DNA of 64,000 nucleotides from Actinomycetota bacterium (GTDB lineage: Bacteria; Actinomycetota; CADDZG01; WHSQ01), in NCBI GenBank assembly GCA_046263255.1, contig JBHELD010000012.1, positions 451-64,450 of the forward strand. The letters run 5' to 3'. The notes under the pieces are model-generated. The model did not search any database, had not been told where the DNA came from, and worked only from the letters and a program-made list of their open reading frames with translations. This document shows, one piece after another, positions 34,614-43,262 of the stretch (its first letter is position 1; every line of letters begins with the position of its first letter). Position numbers and translations under genes: made by a program.

Positions 34614-35585
34614 GTGGGAGACCTCAGGGCGAAGCTGAACGCGAACGACGCCGGAGCCGTTCGCAGGCGCGCTCAACCGTCATGGGTCGAGCCGATGCTC
34701 GCGACGCTGACGAAGGACTACTTCTCGGATCCCGAGTGGGTCTTCGAGCCCAAGCTCGACGGGGTCAGGTGTCTCGCTTTCAAGAAGGGTGGCTCGATCA
34801 AGCTGCTCTCGCGCAACAAGCTCGACCTCACGCCGACCTATCGCCCGGTCGCGGACGCGCTCGCGGCGCAGGACGCGAGCTTCGTCGTCGACGGGGTGAT
34901 CGCCGCGGTACGCGGAGAGCTCACGAGCTTCTCGTTGCTGCAGCAGGTCCACCGCCAGAACGTGCCCGCGGTCTACTTCTGCTTCGACCTGCTGCACCTC
35001 GACGGGTACGACGCGACGGCGCTTGCGTTGACGACGCGCAAGCAGCTGCTGTCGGAGTCGGTCAGGTTCGACGACCCCCTGCGGTTCGTGAGCCACGTCG
35101 AGGAGGAGGGTGAGACCTACTACCGCGAGGCGTGCAGACGCGGCTGGGAGGGGCTCATCGCGAAGCGCGCGTCCAGCCGCTACGCGCAGGGCCGCTCGAA
35201 GGACTGGCTCAAGTTCAAGTGCTCGTTCGAGCAGGAGCTCGTCGTCGGCGGCTACACGGAGCCACAGGGGGCGCGGTCGCACTTCGGCGCGCTGCTCGTG
35301 GGGTACTACGACGGCGCAGGTGATCTCGTCTACGCGGGCAAGGTCGGGACCGGCTTCACGCAGGCGACGCTTGCGGACCTGCACGCGCGGATGAGGGCGC
35401 TGGAGCAGGACGACTCGCCGTTCGCCGGACGCCCGCCGGTGCGGAAGGGGGCGCACTGGCTGAAGCCCCGGCTCGTGGCGCAGCTCGCTTTCAGCGAGTG
35501 GACGTCGGACGGCAAGCTCCGCCACCCGCGTTTCCTCGGGCTCCGAACGGACAAGAAAGCGCGCGACGTGGTGCTCGAAGGATAA
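34614..35585 (+). CDS. ATP-dependent DNA ligase (LigC/LigD ligase-domain type)
   Basis: Adenylation motif I EPKLDGVR, MLATL near the N-terminus, and later motifs EGLIAKR and WLKFK. Confidence 0.85.
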   Translation: MGDLRAKLNANDAGAVRRRAQPSWVEPMLATLTKDYFSDPEWVFEPKLDGVRCLAFKKGGSIKLLSRNKLDLTPTYRPVADALAAQDASFVVDGVIAAVRGELTSFSLLQQVHRQNVPAVYFCFDLLHLDGYDATALALTTRKQLLSESVRFDDPLRFVSHVEEEGETYYREACRRGWEGLIAKRASSRYAQGRSKDWLKFKCSFEQELVVGGYTEPQGARSHFGALLVGYYDGAGDLVYAGKVGTGFTQATLADLHARMRALEQDDSPFAGRPPVRKGAHWLKPRLVAQLAFSEWTSDGKLRHPRFLGLRTDKKARDVVLEG

Positions 35586-35603
35586 GAAAGGCTGCACGCT
35601 CAC

Positions 35604-38309
35604 ATGCCCGACCCGAAGACCTGGGGCGTGGACACCGGCTACGTCGACGCCCGGGAGGAATGGAAGGAGGCTCCGTCCGAGACGATCGCGGCGGTCCTCC
35701 AGGCGATGGGCGCAGACGACCTCGAGCCTCCGGAGTCCCCCGTCGTGGTGGCGCGCGCGGGGCGGCCGGTCGACCTGGGAGAGGCCGTCGAGATCCGCTT
35801 CGAGGACGGCGGGGCGGCATCGCTCGATGGCGACCTCCCGCGCGACGCGCCCCTCGGCTACCACCGGCTCGTCGATCGTGACGGCCGCGAGCGGGATCTG
35901 ATCCTGAGCCCCGGCACGTGCTGGTCTCCCGCAGGGCTGCGGTCGTGGGGTTGGACCGTCCAGCTGTACGCGGCGCGCTCGACCCGGAGCTGGGGCCTGG
36001 GCGACCTGGGCGACCTCGCCGAGCTCGGCCGCTGGGCCACCGGGACCGGCGCGGACGTGATCTTGCTGAACCCCCTCCACGCCCCGAAGCCCGGTCCCCA
36101 GCAACCGAGCCCCTACTTCCCGTCGAGCCGAAGGTGGCGAAACCCGCTCTACGTCCGGATCGAGGACGTGCCGGGGGCGCGCGGGCCGGCGGGCGACCTC
36201 GACCGTCTCGCGTCGCAAGGCCGCAAGCTCAACGCGGGCGACCGGATCGACCGCGACGAGGTCTACCGCCTGAAGATGGAGGCGCTCGAGACGATCTGGC
36301 GCCGGAGGAGAGAGCCCGACGAGAGGTTCCACCGGTTCCGCGCGCGCTGCGGCTCGTCGCTTACGGACTTCGCGACGTACATGACGCTCGTCGAGCACCA
36401 CGGCGGGGGGCCTGCGGCGTGGCCGGAGAAGCACCGCGACCCGGGCCGCCCCGCGGTGACGAGGTTTCGCGTCGAGAACGAGGAACGCGTGCTGTTCCAC
36501 GAGTGGGTGCAGTGGCTCCTGGAGGAGCAGCTCCTCGCCGCCGGCGCCGAGACGGGGATCGTGCACGACCTCGCGATCGGGGTCGACCCAGACGGCGCAG
36601 ACGCATGGCTGTGGGGCGACGTCTTCGCGCGCGACGTCAAGGTCGGCGCGCCGCCGGATCTGTTCAACTCCCACGGCCAGGACTGGCGACTGCCGCCGTT
36701 CGACCCCTGGCGGTTGCGCGGCGCGTCGTACCGTCCGTTCGTCGAGACGCTGCGCGCGAACCTCACCGGCGCGGCAGGCCTCCGGATCGACCACGTCATG
36801 GGCCTCTTCCGGCTGTTCTGGATCCCCGAGGGAGCGGGACCGACCGAGGGCACCTACGTGCGGTATCCGTACGAGGACCTGCTCGACATCCTGGCGCTCG
36901 AGAGCCACCGCGCCGAGGCGTACGTGATCGGCGAGGACCTCGGGACGGTTCCCGACGTCGTGCCGGCGCAGATGGCGGAGCGGAAGATGCTCTCGTACCG
37001 GCTGCTGTGGTTCGACGAGAACCCCCGTGCTTACCCGGAGCTGTCGCTTGCCGCGGTCACGAACCACGACCTCCCCACGGTGGCGGGGATGTGGACCGGC
37101 GACGACCTCCGGGAGCAGCGCGACCTCGGCCTCGACCCGAACGAGGAGGCCGAGCGCGACGTGCGGGAACGGTTCAAGAAGGCGACCGGCTTGGACGACT
37201 CGGCGCCTCCCGAGGACGCGGTGAGAGAGGCGTACGGGCTGCTCGCGGCGGCGCCGAGCGCGGTCGTCGTCGCGACGCTCGAGGACGCGCTCGCGGTGCG
37301 GCGGCGGCCGAACCAGCCCGGCACCACCGGCGAGCGCCCCAACTGGTCCATGCCGTTGCCCGTGCCGATCGACGACCTCCCGACGAGACCGCTCGCCAGG
37401 AGCGTCGCGCGCACGCTCGCGCGCGGGCGCCGCTCGGCGGCCGCGGACGCGGCGCCGGAGATCGCGCACGCATACGCGTCGCTGAGCGAGGTGAAGCTGC
37501 ACTACGCCGAGGCGGGGGCCGGGCCCCTCGTCGTGATGCTCCACGGCTACCCCGACTTCTGGTACTCGTGGCGCCACCAGATTCCCTATCTCGCCGCGCG
37601 CGGCCTCCGCGTCGTCGCGCCGGACATGCGGGGATACAACCTGTCCGACAAGCCGAAGGGCGTCGGCGCGTACCGCGTCGAGAACCTCGTGCGCGACGTG
37701 CGGGAGCTCGTCGAGGCGCTGGGCGAGCCGCGCGCGCACGTCGTCGGACACGATTGGGGGGGCGTCGTCGCGTGGTACTTCGCGATGGCGCACCCGGCGC
37801 TGCTCGACAGGCTCGCGATCCTGAACGCGCCGCACCCCCAGCGCTACGTCCGCGCGATGAGCCCGCGCCAGGCGATGAAGAGCTGGTACATCGGTTTCTT
37901 CCAGCTGCCGTTCCTGCCGGAGCGGTTCGTCTCCGCGAACGACTTCGCCATCCTGCGCAAGCTGTTCCGCCACGACCCCGCTCGCCGCGACGCGTTCACG
38001 GACGAGGACGTCGAGCTCTACGTGGAGGCCGCGCGCCGCAGCGACGACCTGCGCTACCCGATCAACTACTACCGGGCGCTGCTCCGGCCGAACCCGCTGC
38101 CGGCGCTACGGTGGCGCGCGATAGACCATCCCGTCCAGGTCGTCTGGGGAGACGGGGACAGGTTCCTGGAGAGGTCGCTGGCGGAGCCGGACCCTCGCTG
38201 GGTGCGCGACGTGAGGGTGCGCCACTTCCCCGAGGCGAGCCACTGGGTGCACCACGACGACCCGGCCACCGTGAACGGGTTGCTGGCGGAGTTCTTGGCG
38301 GGGGGCTAG
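35604..38309 (+). CDS. malQ: 4-alpha-glucanotransferase (GH77) continuous in frame with an alpha/beta-hydrolase (epoxide-hydrolase-like) domain
   Basis: MalQ motifs (GWTVQLYAARSTRSWGLGDLGDL, PSPYFPSSRRWRNPLY, RIDHVMGLFRLFWIP, VIGEDLGTVP, RPNQPGTTGERPNW). From about nt 37490 comes LHYAEAGAGPLVVMLHGYPDFWYSWRHQ...VVGHDWGG. No stop codon separates the two parts. Confidence 0.8.
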   Translation: MPDPKTWGVDTGYVDAREEWKEAPSETIAAVLQAMGADDLEPPESPVVVARAGRPVDLGEAVEIRFEDGGAASLDGDLPRDAPLGYHRLVDRDGRERDLILSPGTCWSPAGLRSWGWTVQLYAARSTRSWGLGDLGDLAELGRWATGTGADVILLNPLHAPKPGPQQPSPYFPSSRRWRNPLYVRIEDVPGARGPAGDLDRLASQGRKLNAGDRIDRDEVYRLKMEALETIWRRRREPDERFHRFRARCGSSLTDFATYMTLVEHHGGGPAAWPEKHRDPGRPAVTRFRVENEERVLFHEWVQWLLEEQLLAAGAETGIVHDLAIGVDPDGADAWLWGDVFARDVKVGAPPDLFNSHGQDWRLPPFDPWRLRGASYRPFVETLRANLTGAAGLRIDHVMGLFRLFWIPEGAGPTEGTYVRYPYEDLLDILALESHRAEAYVIGEDLGTVPDVVPAQMAERKMLSYRLLWFDENPRAYPELSLAAVTNHDLPTVAGMWTGDDLREQRDLGLDPNEEAERDVRERFKKATGLDDSAPPEDAVREAYGLLAAAPSAVVVATLEDALAVRRRPNQPGTTGERPNWSMPLPVPIDDLPTRPLARSVARTLARGRRSAAADAAPEIAHAYASLSEVKLHYAEAGAGPLVVMLHGYPDFWYSWRHQIPYLAARGLRVVAPDMRGYNLSDKPKGVGAYRVENLVRDVRELVEALGEPRAHVVGHDWGGVVAWYFAMAHPALLDRLAILNAPHPQRYVRAMSPRQAMKSWYIGFFQLPFLPERFVSANDFAILRKLFRHDPARRDAFTDEDVELYVEAARRSDDLRYPINYYRALLRPNPLPALRWRAIDHPVQVVWGDGDRFLERSLAEPDPRWVRDVRVRHFPEASHWVHHDDPATVNGLLAEFLAGG

Positions 38310-38313
38310 GGAG

Positions 38314-38517
38314 TTACCAGGCCGGCGGGTCGCTGGCCGGGAACGAGTCCTTCGACTCCTCGTCCGCCTTCTCGTCGTCCGTCAGAGCTTTCCCCTTACG
38401 GCTCGGGTCGTCGCCGCGGCCCTCGTCCGCGTTCGCGTCACCGGGCGGCGTCGAGCCCGGCGGGATCCGTTCGGTCGACTCCGTCGTCTCGCCCTGCTTC
38501 TGGGGATCCTGTGACAT
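38314..38517 (-). CDS. small acidic protein (67 aa) ending in the DSFPASDPP motif
   Basis: GAGAGGAG precedes ATG 38517. The protein is low-complexity and acidic, ending ...EESKDSFPASDPPAW. It is a paralogue by motif of the 12210..12365 protein. Confidence 0.6.
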   Translation of the reverse strand: MSQDPQKQGETTESTERIPPGSTPPGDANADEGRGDDPSRKGKALTDDEKADEESKDSFPASDPPAW

Positions 38518-38566
38518 GGCGGCTCCTCTCGTCGCGACGCCTTCGCGCGTTCCTACCCCGCAGGAC

Positions 38567-41008
38567 CTACGGCGACTCGCAGTTCAGGCTCGTCTCCCCG
38601 TCGCGGCATACGTCGGAATCCGGCCCCCCGTCGAGGTAGTCGTTCCCGAGGCCCCCGTCGAGCATGTCGTCGCCGCCCTTGCCCTCTATGACGTCGCCGC
38701 CGGGTCCGCCCTCGAACGTGTTCGGTCCCTCGTCGCCGCGCAGGAAATCGGTTGCGGCGGAGCCGACGATCCCCTCGACCGCCAGCAGGTTGTCGGACCC
38801 CGAGGCCTGTCCCGTCGCGAACCCGGCCTCGATGTCTGCCGTGACCGGAGAGGTCACGAGCTCGTACGTCACGACGTCGGCGCCCGCGCCGCCCTCGAGC
38901 ACGTCGTCGGACGTCCCGCCGTCGAGGACGTCGTCGCCGTCGCCGCCGGCGAGCTGGTCGACGCCGTCGCGTCCGACGAGAACGTTCGCGCCGCCGTCAC
39001 CCGTGAGGAAGTCCGGCTTGATCCCGCCGGAGAGGTTCTCGACCGCGGCGATCGTGTCGAGTCCCATCCCGTCCGCGGTACCGGCGCCGAGGTCGGCGAA
39101 CACCTTCTTGCGCGCATCGAGGTAGTCGAGCGTGTCGGTGCCCGCTCCGCCGTCGTACGCGTCGTCGTTCAGCCCCGCGTGGAGCAGGTCGTCGCCGGAG
39201 TCTCCGAAGACCTGGTCGATCCCTCCGAAGTCGTAGATCGTGTCGTTGCCGTCGCCGCCGCGCGAGACGTCGTCCCCGTAGTTCGCCTCGACGACGTCGT
39301 CACCCCCCGCGCCGTCGAGCGTGTCGTTGCCGCTCAGGCCGAGGAGGTGGTTGGCCGCGGCGTCGCCGGTGAAGACGTCGTCGAAGATCGAGCCGGAGAG
39401 GTTCTCGATGCCGGTGAGCGTATCGGCGCCCTGACCGGTCGCCCCTCCGGTCGTGAGGTTCGCGGTCACGGCCGAGGCCGCGCTCGCGTAGTCGGCGACG
39501 TCGATGCCCGCGTTCCCGTCGATGTGGTCGTCGCCGTTGCTGCCTACGAGCGTGTCGTCGCCGTCGCCTCCGTCGATCGTGTCCGCGCCCGAGCGTCCGG
39601 TGATGTGGTTGACGGCCGCGTCGCCGGTGAGCGTGTCGTCGTATCCCGAGCCGAGGAGGTCCTCGATCTCGAGGAAGCTGTCGGTGCCGTGGCCGGTCGC
39701 GACGCCGGTCGCTATCGAGGCGGCGACCGGACCGGGCGCGGTGCCGAAGTCGAGAGCGTCGAAGCCCTTGCCCCCGACGATCGTGTCGTCGCCGCCGCCC
39801 CCGTCGAGCGTGTCGCCGAAGAACTCCCCGAGCTCGGGGTACGAATCCTCGTCGCCTCCGATGAGCGAGTCGTCCCCGGGCCCGCCGCGCAGCGAGTCCT
39901 CGCCGCGCCCTCCCTTGACGTCGTTGGGGCCGGCGTCGCCGATCAACGTGTCGGTCCCGTAGGTCCCGGTGACGTCCTCGATGTCGTTGAGAAAGTCTTC
40001 GCCCGCGCCGCTCGCGGTCCCGATCTCGAGGTTCACGACCACGCTGAACTGGTCGATGTAGCTCGCCTCGTCGTCGCCGTCCCCGCCGCCGAGGTAGTCG
40101 TCGCCGTCACCGCCGAAGAGGATGTCGTTGCCGCCGAACGCCTTCAGCGAGTCGTTCCCGCCCCTGCCGACGAGGCCGTTCGGGCCGCCGTCACCCTGGA
40201 TCCGGTCCGCGTACTGCGAGCCGCCGATCGTCTCGACCCCGGTCATCTCGTCGTCGCCTTCGACGCTCTGAGCGATACCGCGGCTCAGGTCGACGACGAC
40301 GCCGCGCTCCTGCCGGTCGCGGTACTCGAACGAGATCGAGTCGCGTCCGCCACCGCCGTCGAAGCGGTCGTCGCCCATGCCGGGGGCCGCGTTGTCGTTG
40401 TCCGGCCCCCCGCGCAGCACGTCGTCGCCGTCGCCGCCCGCCAGGTAGTTCGAGCACGCGCGCTGTCTCTCCTCCTTCTGACACGCGCCGGCGTCGATGA
40501 CGTCGTCACCGTCCGCGCCGTAGAGGCTGTCGGAGTTGACGCCGCCGATGAGCGTGTCCGCGCCTGCGTAGCCGTTCAGGTAGTTGCCGTCCTTGCCGCC
40601 GTTGAGCAGGTCGTTGCCCTCGTGGCCCTGGAGGTTGTCGTCGCCGGCGTTGCCGTAGACGGCGTCGGCCCCTTTGCCGGCACGCACGAAGTCCCCCGCG
40701 GTTCCGCCCGAGACGCGGTCGGAGCCCTCGGCGGCCTGGATGCGGTCGCGGCCCCTGTTCCCGCAGAGGAAGTCCTCGCCGGCGAGCCCGGAGATCACGT
40801 CGTTGCCGCCTCTGCCCACGATCACGTCCGTGCCGGCAGTCCCGGTGAGGTTGTCGGGGCCGTTCGTCCCGATCTTCGTGGCGCGCCGGCCGAAGCAGGT
40901 CGAGGGCGCGGCCGAGGCGTGCTCGGCCGCGAGGGGGACGACGGCGAACGCGAGGACGATCGCGAGGGCCGCGGCTGCAGCCGGTGTGCGGGCGGGGATC
41001 ACGGTCAT
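38567..41008 (-). CDS. secreted RTX/beta-roll calcium-binding protein (813 aa)
   Basis: Track ORF trimmed to ATG 41008 behind AGGAGAG. Signal MTVIPARTPAAAAALAIVLAFAVVPLAAEHASA, N-module CFGRRATKIGTNGPDNLTGT, very many GGxGxD repeats, C-terminal cap CRDGETSLNCE. Confidence 0.85.
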   Translation of the reverse strand: MTVIPARTPAAAAALAIVLAFAVVPLAAEHASAAPSTCFGRRATKIGTNGPDNLTGTAGTDVIVGRGGNDVISGLAGEDFLCGNRGRDRIQAAEGSDRVSGGTAGDFVRAGKGADAVYGNAGDDNLQGHEGNDLLNGGKDGNYLNGYAGADTLIGGVNSDSLYGADGDDVIDAGACQKEERQRACSNYLAGGDGDDVLRGGPDNDNAAPGMGDDRFDGGGGRDSISFEYRDRQERGVVVDLSRGIAQSVEGDDEMTGVETIGGSQYADRIQGDGGPNGLVGRGGNDSLKAFGGNDILFGGDGDDYLGGGDGDDEASYIDQFSVVVNLEIGTASGAGEDFLNDIEDVTGTYGTDTLIGDAGPNDVKGGRGEDSLRGGPGDDSLIGGDEDSYPELGEFFGDTLDGGGGDDTIVGGKGFDALDFGTAPGPVAASIATGVATGHGTDSFLEIEDLLGSGYDDTLTGDAAVNHITGRSGADTIDGGDGDDTLVGSNGDDHIDGNAGIDVADYASAASAVTANLTTGGATGQGADTLTGIENLSGSIFDDVFTGDAAANHLLGLSGNDTLDGAGGDDVVEANYGDDVSRGGDGNDTIYDFGGIDQVFGDSGDDLLHAGLNDDAYDGGAGTDTLDYLDARKKVFADLGAGTADGMGLDTIAAVENLSGGIKPDFLTGDGGANVLVGRDGVDQLAGGDGDDVLDGGTSDDVLEGGAGADVVTYELVTSPVTADIEAGFATGQASGSDNLLAVEGIVGSAATDFLRGDEGPNTFEGGPGGDVIEGKGGDDMLDGGLGNDYLDGGPDSDVCRDGETSLNCESP

Positions 41009-41040
41009 AGCTCTCTCCTGTGGTGAGTGCTCATCGGGTC

Positions 41041-41811
41041 CTAGACGCTTGAGGCGGTCGAACCGGTCCCTCCGGTTTGGTTGGTTTGGGGTGATGTCGG
41101 CGCGGCCCGTGCCGTCCGCGCGGCGTTCCAGTGCGTGACGTAGACGACGGCGGCGCCCGCGGCCGTGACGGCGGCGGTCACGAGCTGGACGAGGGCGGTC
41201 TCGCGCTCGTCGCCCGGCGGCCCGTCGGTCACGAGGCCGGGCGCGATCGCCCGCGTGAGCGCGAAGAGACCCGACGTCCCGGCGCCGATGACGACCATGA
41301 CCGCGACGAAAGAGACGGCGTAGAGATAGGCGATGTAGGTCCTCTCTCCCGGCGAGGAGCGGAACGACGAATCGTCGACCAGGGCCCGCGTCCGTCTCCG
41401 GTGCCACATCAGCACCGCGCCCGCGGCCACCCCGAGCGCCGCGGCGTTGAGCGCGTCGCGCGTCCACGCGGTCTCTGCCTCCCGAGGCCCCCCGAAGACG
41501 TTCACGTAGCCGGTCGCGCCCGTCACCCTGCACTCGGGGTTTAGCGGGTCGGTGGAGCAGTCGACCGTCGTCTCGTCCGCCTCGAGGAACGCCAGCTTCG
41601 CCAGCGGGGCCGCGATGGACGCGACCGCGTAGAGGACCGTGAAGATCGCGACGAACGAGACGAGCGACAGGTAGAGCGCGTACGCCCGGTGGGATCCGGC
41701 GTCGAGCGCTCCGCGGTCCCCCGCGAGGGCGATGATCCCCAACAAGACGATCCCGACGAGCGCGAGCGGCACGATCACGAGATCCAGCACGCCGAAGCCG
41801 TATCCGAACAC
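41041..41811 (-). CDS. hypothetical integral membrane protein
   Basis: At least 5 hydrophobic segments and an extracytoplasmic loop with a Cys pair (VDCSTDPLNPEC). It lies 32 nt upstream of the RTX gene on the same strand. No family recognised. Confidence 0.6.
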   Translation of the reverse strand: MFGYGFGVLDLVIVPLALVGIVLLGIIALAGDRGALDAGSHRAYALYLSLVSFVAIFTVLYAVASIAAPLAKLAFLEADETTVDCSTDPLNPECRVTGATGYVNVFGGPREAETAWTRDALNAAALGVAAGAVLMWHRRRTRALVDDSSFRSSPGERTYIAYLYAVSFVAVMVVIGAGTSGLFALTRAIAPGLVTDGPPGDERETALVQLVTAAVTAAGAAVVYVTHWNAARTARAAPTSPQTNQTGGTGSTASSV

Positions 41812-41852
41812 GGAGCCCTCCCGCCGTAGGTGTCCAGCCGCGCCGCGACTAT

Positions 41853-42947
41853 ATGGACATACCTCCCTTCTATGCTGGCGGCATGCGTACGGGGCGCGCC
41901 GATCTGCCGCTGCACGAGGGGCGCGCCCCCGCGTGGCTTTTCGAGCGGATGCGCCTGCTCGCGCGCGAGATCGGACGCGCGATCGTCCAGGAGGAGGGGC
42001 CTCACGGCCTCCTGCGGAAGGCGTCGGATCCCTTCTGGTTCCAGGCGTTCGGGTGCGTCCTCGGGTTCGACTGGCACTCGAGCGGCCTCACCACGACTGC
42101 GTGCGGCGCGCTCAAGGAGGGGCTGCGCCCGCTGTTCGGCGAGCTCGGCGTGGTCGTCGCGGGCGGCAAGGGCAAGACGTCGCGGCGGGCGCCGGTGGAG
42201 ATCGCGAGCGGTTGCGAGGCGTTCGGGCTCGACGCCGCGCCGCTCGTGCGCGCGAGCCGTCTGTCGGCGAAGGTGGACTCGGCCGCGGTGCAGGACGGCT
42301 ACGACGTCTACCACCACACGTTCCTGTTCTCGTCGGACGGGGCGTGGACGGTCGTGCAGCAGGGGATGAACCAGTCCAACGGGATGGCCCGGCGCTATCA
42401 CTGGTACACCGCGCCGACGTTCGTCTCCGATCCCCACGCCGGCGTCGCCGGCCGCGCGGAGGCGGCGGTGACGAACCTCGTGGCGTCGTCGGGCGCGCAG
42501 AACCGGGATGTCTCGGTTGCGCTCGCGCGCGAGGAGCCGTCCAAGGTGTCGGGCGAGCTCGCGCGCATGCGCACGCTCACGATGCCGCGGCACCACTTCG
42601 TGCGCGTGGCCGACCTCCATCCCGGGCGGGTCGAGAGGGTCCTGCTGAAGGCATACGAGGCCCAGCCCGAGGACTACACGGCGCTGCTCGCGGTCCCGGG
42701 GGTGGGCGCGAAGGGGCTGCGCGCGCTGGCGCTGGTCGCCGAGGTGACGTACGGCGCGCCGGCGTCGGTCGAGGATCCCGTGTCGTTCTCGTTCGCGCAC
42801 GGCGGCAAGGATGGGACGCCGTTCCCGGTCGACCGCGCGACGTACGACTCGACGATCGAGTCGCTCAAGCGCGCGGTCGACGACGCACAGGCGGGACGGA
42901 GGGACAAGCGGGCCGCGCTGCAGAGGCTCGCGCGCCTGAGGGCTTAG
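41853..42947 (+). CDS. DUF763 domain protein
   Basis: ADLPLHEGRAPAWLFERM...DPFWFQAFGCVLGFDWHSSGLTTTACGALK matches my recollection of DUF763. The start could instead be ATG 41883. Confidence 0.7.
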   Translation: MDIPPFYAGGMRTGRADLPLHEGRAPAWLFERMRLLAREIGRAIVQEEGPHGLLRKASDPFWFQAFGCVLGFDWHSSGLTTTACGALKEGLRPLFGELGVVVAGGKGKTSRRAPVEIASGCEAFGLDAAPLVRASRLSAKVDSAAVQDGYDVYHHTFLFSSDGAWTVVQQGMNQSNGMARRYHWYTAPTFVSDPHAGVAGRAEAAVTNLVASSGAQNRDVSVALAREEPSKVSGELARMRTLTMPRHHFVRVADLHPGRVERVLLKAYEAQPEDYTALLAVPGVGAKGLRALALVAEVTYGAPASVEDPVSFSFAHGGKDGTPFPVDRATYDSTIESLKRAVDDAQAGRRDKRAALQRLARLRA

Positions 42948-43262
42948 CGCTCTCGTGGCGTCGGCAGTCGGGACCGACTGCGCGTGGGCGTCCCCCGGGA
43001 GGTGGAGGGGGGGCCGCCGCGGGATGCCATTCCTTCGACGCCGCGTCCCAGGAGAGCCGGTCACCGGACTTCGTCTCCTGCCACCAGGTGCCATCGCGCT
43101 GTATCGGATCCGCCATCGTCACGCCCCCGCGGTTATCCGCCGGTTCCGGCCGATCGCGACAGCCTACTCACGGGTGCGTCGCCCGCTGCGGCAGATTTCG
43201 GCCGGGTGGGAAAGCGCGTCACCGACGGCCCGACCGCAGGAACAACCGATGCGCCGGAGGGG

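Noticed and set aside
34680-37973. 1097-aa minus-strand ORF antisense to the DNA ligase and malQ
   Set aside because: It has Arg/Pro/Val-rich low-complexity composition and no motifs. It fully overlaps two plus-strand genes that have strong family signatures.
22950-40900. Periodic 27-nt repetition inside the RTX genes that could be mistaken for CRISPR-like or tandem DNA repeats
   Set aside because: The periodicity is at the protein level (GGxGxDxxx nonapeptides) with degenerate DNA units and no unique spacers or constant repeat. No cas genes are present.
35918-41026. 1702-aa ORF on the plus strand, the longest in the track
   Set aside because: It runs off-frame through malQ and then antisense through the 38567..41008 RTX gene. 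The product is dominated by Arg/Gly/Ala/Pro/Val with no recognisable motif. The GGC/GAC-rich RTX codons read in reverse contain no stops, so it is a typical high-GC artefact.
42865-43122. 85-aa minus-strand ORF beginning MTMADPIQRDGTWWQETKSGDRLSWDAASKEWHP
   Set aside because: The first ~35 residues look protein-like, with a W-rich pattern like short WW/GYF-type modules. The rest is a Pro/Arg/Ala-rich tail that overlaps the 3' end of the DUF763 gene by 83 nt. There is no clear RBS and no family I can name, so the evidence is insufficient to call it. It is worth a tblastn check.
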